From the human T2T-CHM13v2.0 reference genome, Homo sapiens: a stretch of 64,000 nt of DNA. This document shows positions 33,531-47,997 of this stretch, piece after piece; the first letter of the stretch is position 1; every line of letters begins with the position of its first letter. The stretch lies in assembly GCF_009914755.1 (NCBI RefSeq), contig NC_060940.1. One strand, written 5' to 3'. Below the pieces are notes generated by a model that saw only the letters and a program-made list of their open reading frames with translations, had not been told where the DNA came from and made no database searches. The position numbers and the translations under genes are program-made.

Positions 33531-35174
33531 AGAGTCACTAGGCTAGGGGTGAGGGGTTCTGGTTGATTTGAAAGGAGGGGGCATGAAGGGAGGAGCCTGG
33601 GTAAGGCTCAGGTTCCTGACTCCTTTCCCTGTGTGACCAATAGTGCCATTTCCAGAACTAACAAGCATGGGCCTTGGAGTAGGTTTGGAGAAGAAACGGA
33701 AAAGTTCAAGTCCGGTGCCCTGAGGCCCAGGTGCCTGGGGAAGCTGCCTCGTGGGGGAGCTGCCACCTGGTTTATGCTCAGTCCTGGCCTGTGAGCACAG
33801 AGTCTGCATTTGGTGGGGCTTTGCTGGTGGAGGTTGGTTGAGTGATTGGTTTTTGGTTATGCAGCAGCTGATCAGGCTGCACTTGACCTTCAGCCTCACT
33901 TTTCCAGATCCTTACCCCCCAAATCAGGTCCCAAGTGACCTGGTCTCTTTCTCATAGATTTTTTCCTCATAGTCAATTTTAACATAAAAGCCACGTTCAT
34001 AAAAACCAAATGTGAGCTCAGGCCTTCCAGTAATCATAATAGATTAGATGCTGCACCGAAATGAATATCCCACAGTGGAAAGGGTTGACCGGTTGGCGGA
34101 AGGCGCTTGTTGTGATTCAGTTGGGCCACATAATGAATTCTGGTTTGTTTCTGTAATAGAAAATGCAGCCTTCGCTCTTCTATCAAGTCCGCTGAGTCCT
34201 GGGCCAGAGGTGGAGGGATGGGGGTGAGTTTTACAGCTTTTGTATCTTGAAGGTTCCCCAGTTCAGTGACCAACCTTCTACTCCTGCCACTCCATTTGTC
34301 ATTGTTTACCCAGGAAGAAGGAGTCTTGGGCTCTTTGTGTTTTGTGTTTTGTTTTGCTGAGAAGTTAATGGAACATGGATGAGCGATATGGAAAAGGTTG
34401 AAAGGTAATAGGCTAAAGGGAAGCTTTTGCCATGCGGAGAACTTGCACAACGTCAGTTTGGATCTTGGCTGACACATAACCAGAATTAGAAGTACATTGG
34501 AAATCGGCCCAACATCTGGTTAGCTTTCGAAATCTTTGGTCTATAGTCTTCCAAAGCTGGTAATACTTGTGTGACTGCAGCCAAGGAGACTTTGTGTGGT
34601 CAACAGACGTTTTTAAAAAGTTTGAACTGTTTACCTGGTGTTCTCGTGGTGTCTTTATCCAGATCTGTCTAATTATTCTTATGCATCTTTGGTCTGGGTC
34701 TTTTACCTCTCTACCCTAAATGGGGGCTACTACTAAGGGGGAAGAATCCAGATATCAGAACTGAGAGGGAAGCTTAGTAAGAGTTACTGACACTGTGGGG
34801 CCACACCCTTCCCTTCTGTTTTGGATTCTTTGAATGAGTTAGTTGAGAGTTCCGCCCTCCACCCCTGTCCACGGGTGGACAGGGGACACCCGTTCTGAGT
34901 CGGTGGGCAGCTCAGGCTCTGACCCCTAAGGCAGGGCTGTGGGCGGGGCAGGGAACATGTGGTCTGCTGGAAGCCAGAATGAGCTAGTGCTCCCGTGAAG
35001 TGCAGCAGGGTTTCTTTGGAATTTGTCTGTCACAAAGCACTTAAGAGTTGAAGCAAATAGGATAATATATTATCCACAGTGTTTATTTCTGTCAGAGGGA
35101 AATGACTGGCAAAGAAGCTATTGGGTTTGCAGCAAAACCTGCCTTTCTGTGACCAAAAACCACGGGGTATGCAT

Positions 35175-35231
35175 GCGTGTGTGAATGAGTGTCTGTGTGT
35201 GTATGAGTGTGTGTGTGTGTTTGTGTGTATG
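35175..35231. repeat. Imperfect (GT)n microsatellite
   Basis: gcgtgtgtgaatgagtgtctgtgtgtgtatgagtgtgtgtgtgtgtttgtgtgtatg. Confidence 0.75.
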
Positions 35232-36790
35232 TCCTTGCACACAGGAGCCGTCTTACCTTTCACATGCATGCCCCTGTTACAGGGTGACATTGACCTTAGC
35301 CACTCAGAACCATCAGCCACCAGGTTGTTTCAGGCAGGAGGCTTAAACCTAAATCTAATGTTCGCCACAAATTAAATGCCATCCTAAGTACAGTGATGGT
35401 CATGCAATGATTGTTATAGAAAACAAAAATGAGAATAAGTTGCTTTTTCACTTGCCTTTGATAGTACCACCTTAAAATAACCAACTGCTGACAGTGTCGT
35501 ATTTCTTTCTAGCATGTTTTCTGTGTGGGTGATGGTTGGGCTTTTTTGCACAGCTGTCATATGGTGGCTTCTATTTTACGTATGTTTCCCCTTCATTTTG
35601 AGATTTGTCTAATCTTCTGCCCGAAATTTGATCAAAACTACTTAACTTTTTAAAAAATTAATTCAGCAAAAATGTATGGACTGTTGTGTTTGTGCCAAGA
35701 ACACCACTAGATCACATGACATACATAGCTTGGGAAGGTGGAGGGAAAGAGCGTTAACCAGCGGGGATCATGGTACACGGCAGAGAGGAGGGAGGTAAGA
35801 GCCACATGGCTGCATTCAGGGCTGGGCTTTCCACTCTCCACATGACCCCAGGCAAGCTCATGTCTTTTTTGAGCCTCAGCTTCCTCGTCTATAAAATGGA
35901 AATACTATTAGCCACTTCATGGAATGTCATGAGGATGAAATGAAGCATTCTACGTCATATGCCTGGCTGATGGTCACCATTTCTTCAGAGCTTACCATGC
36001 GAAGGCAATCTTGTCATCTTAGCAGAATCCTCTCCTCCTTCCTTCCAAAGACACTCTGTCCTTCCCCAGAGAGACTGGTGATTTTGTTGTTGTTTGTTTG
36101 TTTTGACTGAGTATTTTGGTAAATGATAAGGCCTCCTTCAAAACACTGGATAGTTGGAGTCAAAGAGAGGATTTTAAAGGCCATGGTGGGAAAAAGAGCT
36201 GGGAGAGAGAATGGGGCCCCTGGCCCAGAAGGAGCTTTGGGGAAAGAAGGGAGATGTTCAGAGGGGTTTCTGTTATATAGTTTTGCCGTGTGCTGTGTGG
36301 AATCACCTCTGCTCTCTGCCTCCCAGGGCTGGTGGTAAAATCTACCTCACATGGACTGCATGGCACTAGCAGGTCAGTTTGGGGTAAAGGGCCGGAAGCA
36401 TGGAGACCACTTGGAACAGTCAGGGGAATGGAACCACCCCAGTCAGCCAGGGCACAACCAGATTATGTTACGGCCCGCTAGCTGCCTCTCCTGGGCCCCT
36501 CCACTGCATCACCCTCCAGGATCCTGGCACGAAGCCTTGCCTGTCCCTTCCCCCATCCTCCACCTCATCACCCCCTCCCCGGCTCTCTCCCACCCAGACC
36601 TCTCTGGGTCTGCTCCACTCCCTGCAGTCCCACCTTGGTTTGGCAAGTCCTGGCCCTCCCTGTCCAGTTCAAGGCAAACTCCTGTTCATCCTTTAGGATC
36701 CAACCTGAGCAGCTCGCCCCCTGAGAGGGGCCCCCAGCAGCTCAGCATGCCTCTTTTGGGCTGTCTGTAGCTTGATTTAGCTCTTGTTAG

Positions 36791-37183
<393 letters not shown>

Positions 37184-38053
37184 TAAAAATTCTCATCCAT
37201 GCATTAAGCAGTGCTCAAACTAAAAATTCCCATTTGTGCATAATAATGAGAGATAAAGTTGTTGGCCTGTGACAGTGCTTTTTCTCTTTCGATCCTGACA
37301 GCAGTCGTGGGGCGGGTAGTTACCATAATTATTCCCACTTCACAGGTGAGGAAACTGAGGTTCAAAGAGGTAAAGTATCAAAACAAAGTTCCTCCCGCAC
37401 CCCACCGCTAGGCTTCTCATTCCTGCTGTACCCAGCTGTCCCCCTAAGAGAGGGTGAGCCCAGGGACACAGAGGGGTGGCTTTTGTCAGCCCAAGAGGAC
37501 GGGCCCCCTGTGTGCTCCTGGTGGGCTGGCTGTGTGGGTGCTGCCACCCTTTCCCATTTGGACCCCACCCACCTTCGGGATCACCTGAAAGTGGTTTGAG
37601 CTGTGTCTCTGACTTGCTCTGTGACCTTGGGGAAACAACATAACAACTCTGGGCCTTAACTTCCTCATGAAAGGAAAAGGCTGGACTTGGAACCTGGTAC
37701 AGAGAGAAGTGTTTCTATCCTCTGGGACCTTCCCTTCACGGAGAGTTGAGAAAAGTCGAGATCATCTTGGGACGCTTTTCTTCCTGTCAAGAAAAGAGCT
37801 TGCCCCAGATTTCCTCACTGTCCACAAATTCTAAGGAGACGGAGGGGCAATGATAGGAAAGAAACAAAATGGACCTCTCTCTGGAAATTCAAGGCCTGGT
37901 CCTAGTTTGCCTCTTTCCATGGTTCTGTGGCCACTGCCCCATTCTAGAAGGAGCGAGCAGCCAGGCCCTTTCTGCTATCCTCTCTGAAGCGGAGTGACTG
38001 CTGATGGGTTATAAAGTTGGGCAATGCACCTGGGACACAGAGGAGCTTTTATT

Positions 38054-38082
38054 CCCCACCCCCACCCCCACCCCCACCCCCA
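38054..38082. repeat. (CCCCCA)n hexamer repeat
   Basis: cccca followed by four copies of ccccca. Confidence 0.9.
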
Positions 38083-39028
38083 GAACCACTGACTGGCAGT
38101 TCTCAAAGGGCCAGAAATTAACGAGTAGAGAGATGTTAGGACAGTGTTAACATCTCTGGAAAAAACAAATGCCAGAAAGATTCAGTTGACATTCTTCTTG
38201 CCATTCAATAAGCCAGAATCCTTCAGAGTTACACATTTAGCATTAACATGGGATACAGAAGCCACAAATTAAATTTTCACTGCAATGAAATTTTTTGAGG
38301 AAACCCACATTTGTGGGGCGTTTTGGGGCATGAGAGAGACTACTACCCTACTCAAGTCTTTAGGCCGTCCCTCACCCAGGTCATCTCCTTGGTATGACTT
38401 AGCCTCTTTCTGGGAGCTGGAAGGAATTCAGAAAAGCAAGATATATTGTTACTTCTTATTACATCAATGTGCATGTGCAGGAGTTACTTAGAATCCAGAC
38501 AATCATCTCTTCAATGCTATCTTCCACTATTTTGTCAAGGTTCTAAATGAAGCGTCATCTGGTACTCAAGGGACCGTATTTTAAGAGTTCCGAGAAGTGC
38601 CACCTTTCCCCCTTTTGTAGAGTAACAGGAAAAGACGTGGTACAAGCGCAAATAATCCATTCAGTTCTCCAAGCTTGGATCAAGCAAAATATTTGTTTCT
38701 GTAAGTGTATTTTTGAAGAGCCACGTCAGTTGAGCAGATAAGGAGTTTGAAGACCTCTTACTCCAGGCAGGAACTGTTCTAGTAGCCCTAACAGGTCTTC
38801 TGTCACTGCAGGTCCTGTGTGCTTCTTTAGGAGAAATGACAACAGGGCTCAAAGTCACACACTTGCCTGTTCTTCTTTCCTTTCCCACTTACCTTCCCCA
38901 CCCCCATCTAATATTTTATCTTTCAAATGCTGTTAGTTTTGGCAGGAAGAATTGTTGAATTTTCACTGGAGGAAAAATGATTCCCTTGCCTCTTAATGAT
39001 AGATCTCTGCTGTATTGGTGTCATTGTA

Positions 39029-39107
39029 TTAGGTTGGCACAAAAGTAATTGCGGTGTTCCAATTGCTTTTAATGGCAAAAACTGCAATTACTTTTGTGCC
39101 AACCTAA
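39029..39107. mobile_element. MADE1 MITE (Hsmar1-derived)
   Basis: 79-bp palindrome ttaggttggcacaaaagtaattgcgg...ctgcaattacttttgtgccaacctaa, flanked by TA at 39027-39028 and 39108-39109. Confidence 0.95.
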
Positions 39108-39765
39108 TATGTGCACCTTTCTGTAAGAAAGGCTTAGCTTAGTGTCTTTCTGCTAATGTCACCCTCAGGGGCAGGCGTGGCCTCTGCCTCACCTGGCTCA
39201 CAACTTGATTCCTCCTACATGTGTTGAGGGTGGGGCTCAGCTTTTGAGTTTGTCATTAAAAGCTTGAGGGCACAATTGTTGGGGATGACTGTATTTCCTT
39301 CGTGTCTAGTCTCTCTTTCTCTAGGCCTGGATTTCCTCAAGCGTAGAAGGTGCGTAATACGGGAGTGGCCTCAGGTGGCCCTCAGACCTGGCACACAGTG
39401 GCAGTGAGTTGTGCTATGGGATGGTGTCCCCTTTTTCTACTCCCTTCCCTGTGTCTAGGAGAATGCCACCATTTGGGGCTAGCTTCTCTCCAACACTATT
39501 AAGTACCTGCCAACCTCCCTTTTTAACAAAGATCAGGTCTTGGGCCACCATGAGTAGGCAGTCAAAAGTCATTGGCTAGCATGCAAAAACATTTTTTGAT
39601 TTTTAAAATATTATTACTGGCAATTATTGCATCAATCCTGATTTCCTATTTATAAGAAATAGAAAATGTATGTTTTAATACATTTATGTAAGTTCAGTTT
39701 ATGGAGAGCTCTGCGATAAGTTATGGCACCAACAGCAACCAGTCATGACAGCAGTTGCCAAGAGG

Positions 39766-39914
39766 GGACAGGCGCAGTGGCTCACAACAGTAATCCCAGC
39801 AATTTGGGAGGCCCAGCACTTGGGGAAGCCCAGGAGTTCAAGTCCAGCCTGGGAAACATGACAAAATCCTGTCTCTATTAAAAACTAAAAAAAAGAAAAG
39901 AAAAAGGAAAAGAA
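39766..39914 (+). mobile_element. Alu monomer (FLAM-like)
   Basis: Single diverged arm with an A-rich tail, about 120 nt upstream of exon 14. Confidence 0.75.
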
Positions 39915-40033
39915 ATCACCAAGAGGGAACATATGTGGCTGAAGTTGAGGAAACCCCACTCTACAGGACCTTTCGGTATGAGGAGGTCAGGTAGTCAGGA
40001 GGCCTCCACTTACATCCTTCTCCTCTGTTCCAG

Positions 40034-40156
40034 GCATGGATCCTGAAAAATTAGAGCGAATCCAGCTCCCCGTGCCAAATGCGGCCGAGAAGACCACCTA
40101 CAACCACCCGCTAGCTGAAAGACTCATCAGGATCATGAACAACGCTGCCCAGCCAG
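40034..40156 (+). CDS. CLEC16A: CLEC16A coding exon (exon 14), 123 nt, phase 1->1
   Basis: Acceptor ctctgttccag|GC; (G)MDPEKLERIQLPVPNAAEKTTYNHPLAERLIRIMNNAAQP; donor CAG|gtgccc. Confidence 0.95.
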
Positions 40157-40783
40157 GTGCCCACTTGGGGTGTTGTCTGTCCACAGGGCCACGCAGTTGT
40201 AGGAAGCAGACCCCACTGGGAGCCTGAGCCCTGGGTGCTAGGCCTGAGCCTTCTGAGAATCCGGGCCCATCCCAACCTCTCCCTCTGCCTCTCAACCCCT
40301 GCATCCTGGGCCAGCCCTCCTGCCTGCTGGGACTGTGTCTTAGCTCTGGGTCTCCTTTTGCCATCCCATCCCCTGCCACTTGGTAACCATCTTTCTTCTT
40401 CCACACCCCGCCCTTCTTTTGCTGAGATTGTCAATGTTTTCGCCCCCACCCCGCTATGTCTGGGTGGCCCAAGGTAATATTATGAGAAAGAACTAGGCTG
40501 ACAGTGGAGTGAGGGGAGAACATTCGAAGGTTTAACGGGCCAGTAGACGTAGGAGACAGAGTTTTGTTACCAGCAACAGTTGTGGGTAGGTATGGAAACA
40601 GGTAGGAGTGAGAATGCGCTTGGAGAAAAACTCACTTGGACTGGGCAGCTGAAGAGAGGTTACGCTAGTGCTGGGGCTGAGTGGGGTGGGGCCAGGAGAG
40701 CCGATGGAGCCGAGACCACCCAGTCCTTGGTCATCCCTGGGGCTTGTATTATGTTTGGGAAGACCTATTTTTTGTGATAGCGC

Positions 40784-41091
40784 TTTTTCTTTTCTTTTTT
40801 TTTTTTTTTTGAGATGGAGTCTCGCACTGTCACCTGGGCTGGAGTGTAATGGAGTGATCTCTGCTCACGGCAACCTCCGCCTCCCAGGTTCATGCGATTC
40901 TCCTGCCTCAGCCTTCTGAGTAGCTGGGATTACAGGTGCACACTACCACACCCAGCTATTTTTTTGTATTTTTAGTTGAGACAGGGTTTCACTATGTTGG
41001 CCAGACTGGTCTCGAACTCCTGACCTCATGATCCACCCACCTCGGCCTCCCAAAGTGCTGGGATTACAAGGTTGGGCCACTGCGCCTGGCC
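40784..41091 (-). mobile_element. AluS-like element
   Basis: Poly-T plus antisense Alu dimer ending in ggcc. Confidence 0.92.
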
Positions 41092-41596
41092 TGCTGTTTC
41101 ATTTTTTAGGCAGATCCCCTTTTCTCACTTATTTTCACCTGACTTACAATGCATTAACAAAGGGACTGGCAGGGAGGTGGGCAGAGGGGTGTATCTGCCT
41201 TTAGTTTTTTCCCAGTGACCTATCGTGGTCTCTGATGTTTCCAAGGCCTTAGAGGCATAGCCTGAAGGCCTCCTCCTCTCCACAGTGGGACCTTTCACCA
41301 GAAATAAACTTGAAAGACCCACAGAGGAGTTTGCATAAGAGCAGTTGTCCTTCAGTCAGTCAGTTACAGATGCTTCTAGGAGAGATGCCAGATGCGGGTT
41401 TTGGCTTTCTGAGCACCTGCAGTCTACCACTACCCAGCTATGAGACCTAGGACAAGTCACTTCACTTTTCTAAGCCTCAATCTTTCCAGCACTCATTGCA
41501 ATAGGTTTTTATAGAGATTCCTTCAGGACCTATATAAAGTGTTCGGCACTGTGCCTCGTTCACAGTGGTAAGTAAGTAATAGCATAGTAAGTAAGC

Positions 41597-42250
41597 TGTG
41601 TTAGAGCTCTCTTGGTCTTGACAGAAACCCGACTCACTCTGGCTTAAACAATACAAGCAGACAAAGCTGTGTTAGCTTATAAAGACTGCTGAGGCCTAGC
41701 TTCAGGCAAAGCTGGATCCAGGGGCTCAAACAGTATTTTTCTACCTTTGGCCTCTGCCACCTTCTGGGTTGACGAGATAAATGCCAGCCCCTCCAGCTAG
41801 CCCTTTCTGCACTGAGACTCTAGACTTACTCTACGGGAGACACTTAGATTTGAACAGTCTAGTTGGAAGAGAGATCTCGAAGTGATATTTGTAGAATACT
41901 TTACTAAGATTAAAAATGCTGGCAAGGGTGAGGAGGTGGCCGATATAGATTATAATGCTTGTGCCCCTCAGGGCGTCACCACGGTCCTCTGCTCAGCCCG
42001 GCACAAGGAGAATTTCTCTTAACCCAGCAGTTCCAGCAGATTGTGAGGTTGAGCCTTACTGGCTCTGACTGGCTCCCTTGCCTGGTTCTTACCTAGTCAC
42101 TGGGACCAAGGGAATATGGAGCACCCCAACTGGCCAGGTGATGTGCCCAACCCTGGAACGGGGAAGGAGGATCAGCTCCACCCAAATCACATGACCCAGA
42201 GTGGGACTGGCGGCTCTCTAAAGGAAGTGGGGGTGCAGGGCCACTTTCCA
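41597..42250. mobile_element. Degenerate MLT1-type LTR
   Basis: tgtgttag...gacagaaacccgactcactctggcttaaac...gcttcaggcaaagctggatccaggggctcaaac. Confidence 0.55.
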
Positions 42251-42533
42251 GGCCTCAACAGTGTTTAGTCACCCTCTTTTTCCTGCACCCTGTCAGTAAA
42301 GGGACTTCAGGGAAGTATTTGGTATAGGTAGTTTTGATGGAGAACATTGAATTCTAACTGATGGGGAATGGTTTGGGCATGGGGGGTTCCCACTGTGTCC
42401 CCACTGGATGTTGGGAGCCATGAGCAGTTGGTCTATCATGTGACCTGCTAGCCTCAACGTGGATAGGCAGCAGTCTTGGGTTTAAGGGCGCCCCACCCTG
42501 GGTGTGCAAGGCTTACCCTGGTGTGCTCTGCAG

Positions 42534-42643
42534 ATGGGAAGATCCGGCTGGCGACGCTGGAGCTGAGCTGCCTGCTTCTGAAGCAGCAAGTCCTGATGAG
42601 TGCTGGCTGCATCATGAAGGACGTGCACCTGGCCTGCCTGGAG
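42534..42643 (+). CDS. CLEC16A: CLEC16A coding exon (exon 15), 110 nt, phase 1->0
   Basis: Acceptor tgctctgcag|AT; (D)GKIRLATLELSCLLLKQQVLMSAGCIMKDVHLACLE; donor GAG|gtaacg. Confidence 0.96.
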
Positions 42644-43126
42644 GTAACGCCCTCTCCGCTCCTCCTTCCTGTGGGCCAAGGGAGAGGGACAGGAGGACAG
42701 GAGGGAAGCTGCTGGCATCCAGATAGGAGCCCTGGCCCGTGGTGTCATCGGTCACCAGCTAGAAGCAGCAGGGGCTGCTCTCTTGAGACCCCACTCCAAC
42801 CTACTTATTCAGCAGGGACTTCCTTTCAGCCGAGACTCGCTGAAGAGTCCACTTAATTGAGTTTTAGTAGTTTCTGTTGCAATTATTTGATTCTGTATTT
42901 GTCCTCAGGATTTCTGAATTTTTTCTTTGGTATTACAAAAGTTTTTTTGCACATACAAACACATCAACACACATACACACATTGATTATGGTTTTTGTGT
43001 TTAAAATATATGTTAAATTTTCAGTGGCTTTTATGGTACCTCTTATTTTCTATGTTTATTTTAGAAAATTTAGGAAGTAGAAAGGTAAAAGTAACAACTA
43101 TAGTTGACATTTTGTCTGTGTCTGTG

Positions 43127-43380
43127 CACACACACACACATATTATATATGTAAATAATATATTTAAGTATTATAAGCAAATAATTATATATATAAAGAA
43201 GTATATTTACATATACAATATGTAAATATTATACACTACGTATATTTACATATGTAATATGTAAATATGTACATGTGAATATATGTAAATGAAACATCTA
43301 TTTACATATGTAAATGAAAATTCATTTATAAGTGTGTATATATGTTTGTGTATATATATACACACACACACACACATGCT
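43127..43380. repeat. AT-rich low-complexity block with (CA)n and (TA)n
   Basis: Repeating tatat/catat/atgta units between two (CA)n tracts. Confidence 0.75.
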
Positions 43381-43416
43381 TACAAATGAATTTTTTGTCT
43401 TATACAAATGTAGTTG

Positions 43417-43705
43417 GGCCAAGTGCAGTGGCTCATGCATGTAATTCCAACATTTTGGAAAGCTGAGGTGAGAGGATCACTTGAGGCCAAGAAGTTGAGA
43501 CTAGTCTGGACAACATAGTGAGACCCTATCTCTAAAAAAACAAAAAAGATTAGCCAGGACATGCCTGTAACCCCAGCTACTCAGAAGGCTGAGGCTGGAA
43601 GATTGCCTGAACCCAGGAGTTTGAGACTGCAGTGAGCTATGATTGTACCACCGCACTCCAGCCTGGGCCACAGATTGAGACTGTCTTGGAAAAGTAAAAT
43701 AAAAA
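43417..43705 (+). mobile_element. AluJ-like element
   Basis: Diverged Alu dimer. Confidence 0.88.
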
Positions 43706-43855
43706 AGGAGTCATGATGGCCATATTTTATAACCCATTTTCCCCCAATTAACTGTATATTAACAGCTTCTCATGCCATTACAATCGAATTACCTATCCTT
43801 TCCCCATTTTCATTTTGAGCTCTGTCTCCTTTCCTCTCTCTCTCATTAAGAACTA

Positions 43856-44182
<327 letters not shown>

Positions 44183-44307
44183 TTATACATTAAGGATATT
44201 AGTCCAGATCTGTTTTATACACACTCATGTTTTAGAATTCGTAGTTTGCCCGACTTGCTCACCTATATGAGACCTGCCTCCTTCACACCTTCCTTCTCTT
44301 TTAACAG

Positions 44308-44352
44308 GGTGCGAGAGAAGAAAGTGTTCACCTTGTACGACATTTTTATAAG
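44308..44352 (+). CDS. CLEC16A: CLEC16A coding exon (exon 16), 45 nt, phase 0->0
   Basis: Acceptor ttctcttttaacag|GGT; GAREESVHLVRHFYK; donor AAG|gtaatt. Too short to appear in the ORF track. Confidence 0.95.
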
Positions 44353-44864
44353 GTAATTGGCAGAGCACAGATGGACAGCAGCATGGTGTGTATTGTAGAA
44401 ACAGAAGTGTGGTGTCTGGTTCTATGCAGATAAACGTTATATGTCTTCAGTTATTTTTTATGCCTATAATTACTGAATAAAAATGCTCAATTTCATAGTC
44501 CCTAGAGTAGCAATATCTAAACTTTTCTGTCCAAGCTGTCTTATCAGTAAAATTTTTGAGGACTCAGCCCCAGTATATGATAATTTGTTTCTCAGTAATA
44601 CATGGATTTGGTTATTTGGGAATAATTATATGTAAATTATGAACTACGTACGTATAAACACATATAAATAAATTATATATGATGCACTTATGTTCATAAG
44701 TTATATATGCTTACACATATAAAATTACTTATGAATTACATATGAATTTATGAACCATATACATGTATATTATTTATATTGATATGTGCTAAGAAACCTT
44801 ATACAGACTTCTAAACCTCTATTAACGTTTATTGAGATTTTGTAAAGTGCCACCATGACTTTCA

Positions 44865-45225
<361 letters not shown>

Positions 45226-45261
45226 CTAATTGCCGTGGTTTTGTTTTAGCTTTTAAGGCAT

Positions 45262-45868
<607 letters not shown>

Positions 45869-47571
45869 CTCATGTGTCTTTCAGGGAAGGCTCATCACTC
45901 GTCAGCCATGGTGGATTAATCCATAGGTCAAGTAGTCATTTTCTAGTTTGCTGGCCTCCGGATCAGGTCTCTGCAGATCCTGCGAGTGATGGTTTCCCCT
46001 CTTAACGTGGCTGATGAAGATCCTCCTACATGGGGAAGGTGGCAACACTGCCATTTCCTTGTCCCCTGTACTTTCATTATTCAAGCCCTCTTTAAGCTGC
46101 TGTTTCTTTGCAGGAATCGTTTTAAGCGACTGCATTATTGTCAGTGTTTGTTGAGATAAAATGAGGTTATATGATTTGGAGATCGACCTTGCCAGGCTCA
46201 GATGACCCCATCCAGCTGCAGCAGTGGACATACCCAGACAAGGGTGGCACCGTGGTGGGCCCCTACACACTGAGGAGGAAATCCCACTTTCCCCTTAGAA
46301 CATCCCAAACCGCACTTGGCCTCCAAGTGAGGATACACCCTCACTAGCAAAGCCCACGAGAAAGCAGAAACCTCAGGGTTGCATTAGTCATCTTTGAACC
46401 TCTTTCCAGTATAACTGCCCTAAGTTTATGTCCTCTAGAAAGCTTTTGGATTGCAAAAACAGAAAGACATATAGGTAGGCATTTTCCCAGAGGGTTATTC
46501 TTTATTATTAACAAAAGGAGAGCTTTATTTAAATTCTGGATCCCTTCTCCCAACCCAGATTTTTCTTACTTTTATCCCATAACATTTATTATACCCTAAG
46601 TATAATTTCTCAGCAGCTTTTAGATGTTTTCAGGAATTGTCTTTCCTGGTGGTGGTAGTTATGTCACACAAGAATATTCAAATTTAGTTGTAGTTCTGAC
46701 AACTGAAAAAACCTAAAAAGGATCTATTCCCTTTCCCACCCCAAGTGTGGGGTGTGTGTGTGTGTGTGTCTCATTCAGAACTTGTGAGAGAGATGCAGCA
46801 GTTCTAAGGGTCATTGTCCAGTAGAGATTACCATGACAGTGAGTGCTCACACTGACCCAACCCTGAACGAGTGACAGGTTCTGTGCCTCCTCGCATTTCA
46901 TGTGCATTAACTCATTTCATCTTCACAATACCCTAGACAGACATGCCATTCATGCAGTGGAACAAGGAGGCGAGAGGTGTAAAGCTGGATTTGGTTATGT
47001 GTATCAGAACCAAGACTATGCCCACCGTGCTGTTCTGAAGGGGCCCTCCCAGGCAGTCATGACCCTGAGGAACAACATAACCCCGAAAGCACTCCTCATA
47101 AACAAATAGAACAAGCCATGTAATTGTAATGTTAAACTTATTTAATTATACTCTTCCTTCCAGAGGTGTGGAGCCTTGTATCTTTAATGTGGTAACTTAA
47201 ACAGGATTGTCCATTTCTCCAGCCGTTCTCGACAAAATAGATAATGTTAAACACTTGAAATATTAGCCTTTTCTATATTTTAATCCTACATAGTAGTTTT
47301 TTTTTTAATTAACTGCTTTGACAGAAGAATTCTAACTCCATATACTTAAAAAGGAAGGAGAAAATTTTGAATAGTGCAATTTGATATTTGGTCTGTCATT
47401 TGAGCGTGTGTGTTTGTGTTCACGTGTGCATTTTACTTCCTGGTGATTTACGAGAACTCACTAATGAGAAACAGATGGCCTCTAAAGCCACAAACTAGAG
47501 TTTATAATACTCTGTTGTTTATGGAAAAAAATATGAATAATCTCCTCTTCCCTCCCTTCCTTTCTTTTTAG

Positions 47572-47622
47572 GGAGAAGACATTTTTTTGGACATGTTTGA
47601 AGATGAGTATAGGAGCATGACA
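47572..47622 (+). CDS. CLEC16A: CLEC16A coding exon (exon 17), 51 nt, phase 0->0
   Basis: Acceptor cctttctttttag|GGA; GEDIFLDMFEDEYRSMT; donor ACA|gtaagt. Confidence 0.95.
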
Positions 47623-47997
47623 GTAAGTGAGGGGCTGGGACACACTTGGGCTGGTGTGCGCCTGTGTCCCTGCCAAGCTCCCCCTGCCCATCCCAGAGGG
47701 AGTTTTTTGACTTAGGGCTTTGTGACCAAATAGCACAGATTGATGGGGAAGCAGATTTAGAATGGTGTCTTGTGATCCCCACCACTGTTAAAATTTCAGA
47801 CTATATTCTCTCCCTCTAACATGGGAGGTGTCCGATGAATCAGGATGATTCTCTGCTATGAATAGTAATTTTGGGGACAGTATCATTTTATTGAGGACTT
47901 ACTCTGTGCTGGATGTATATAGCATGCTGTACAGATTATATCTCTTCATCCTCACACCAACCAACGGTAATAGCTACTGCCATTGTCCCTTTCTTGC

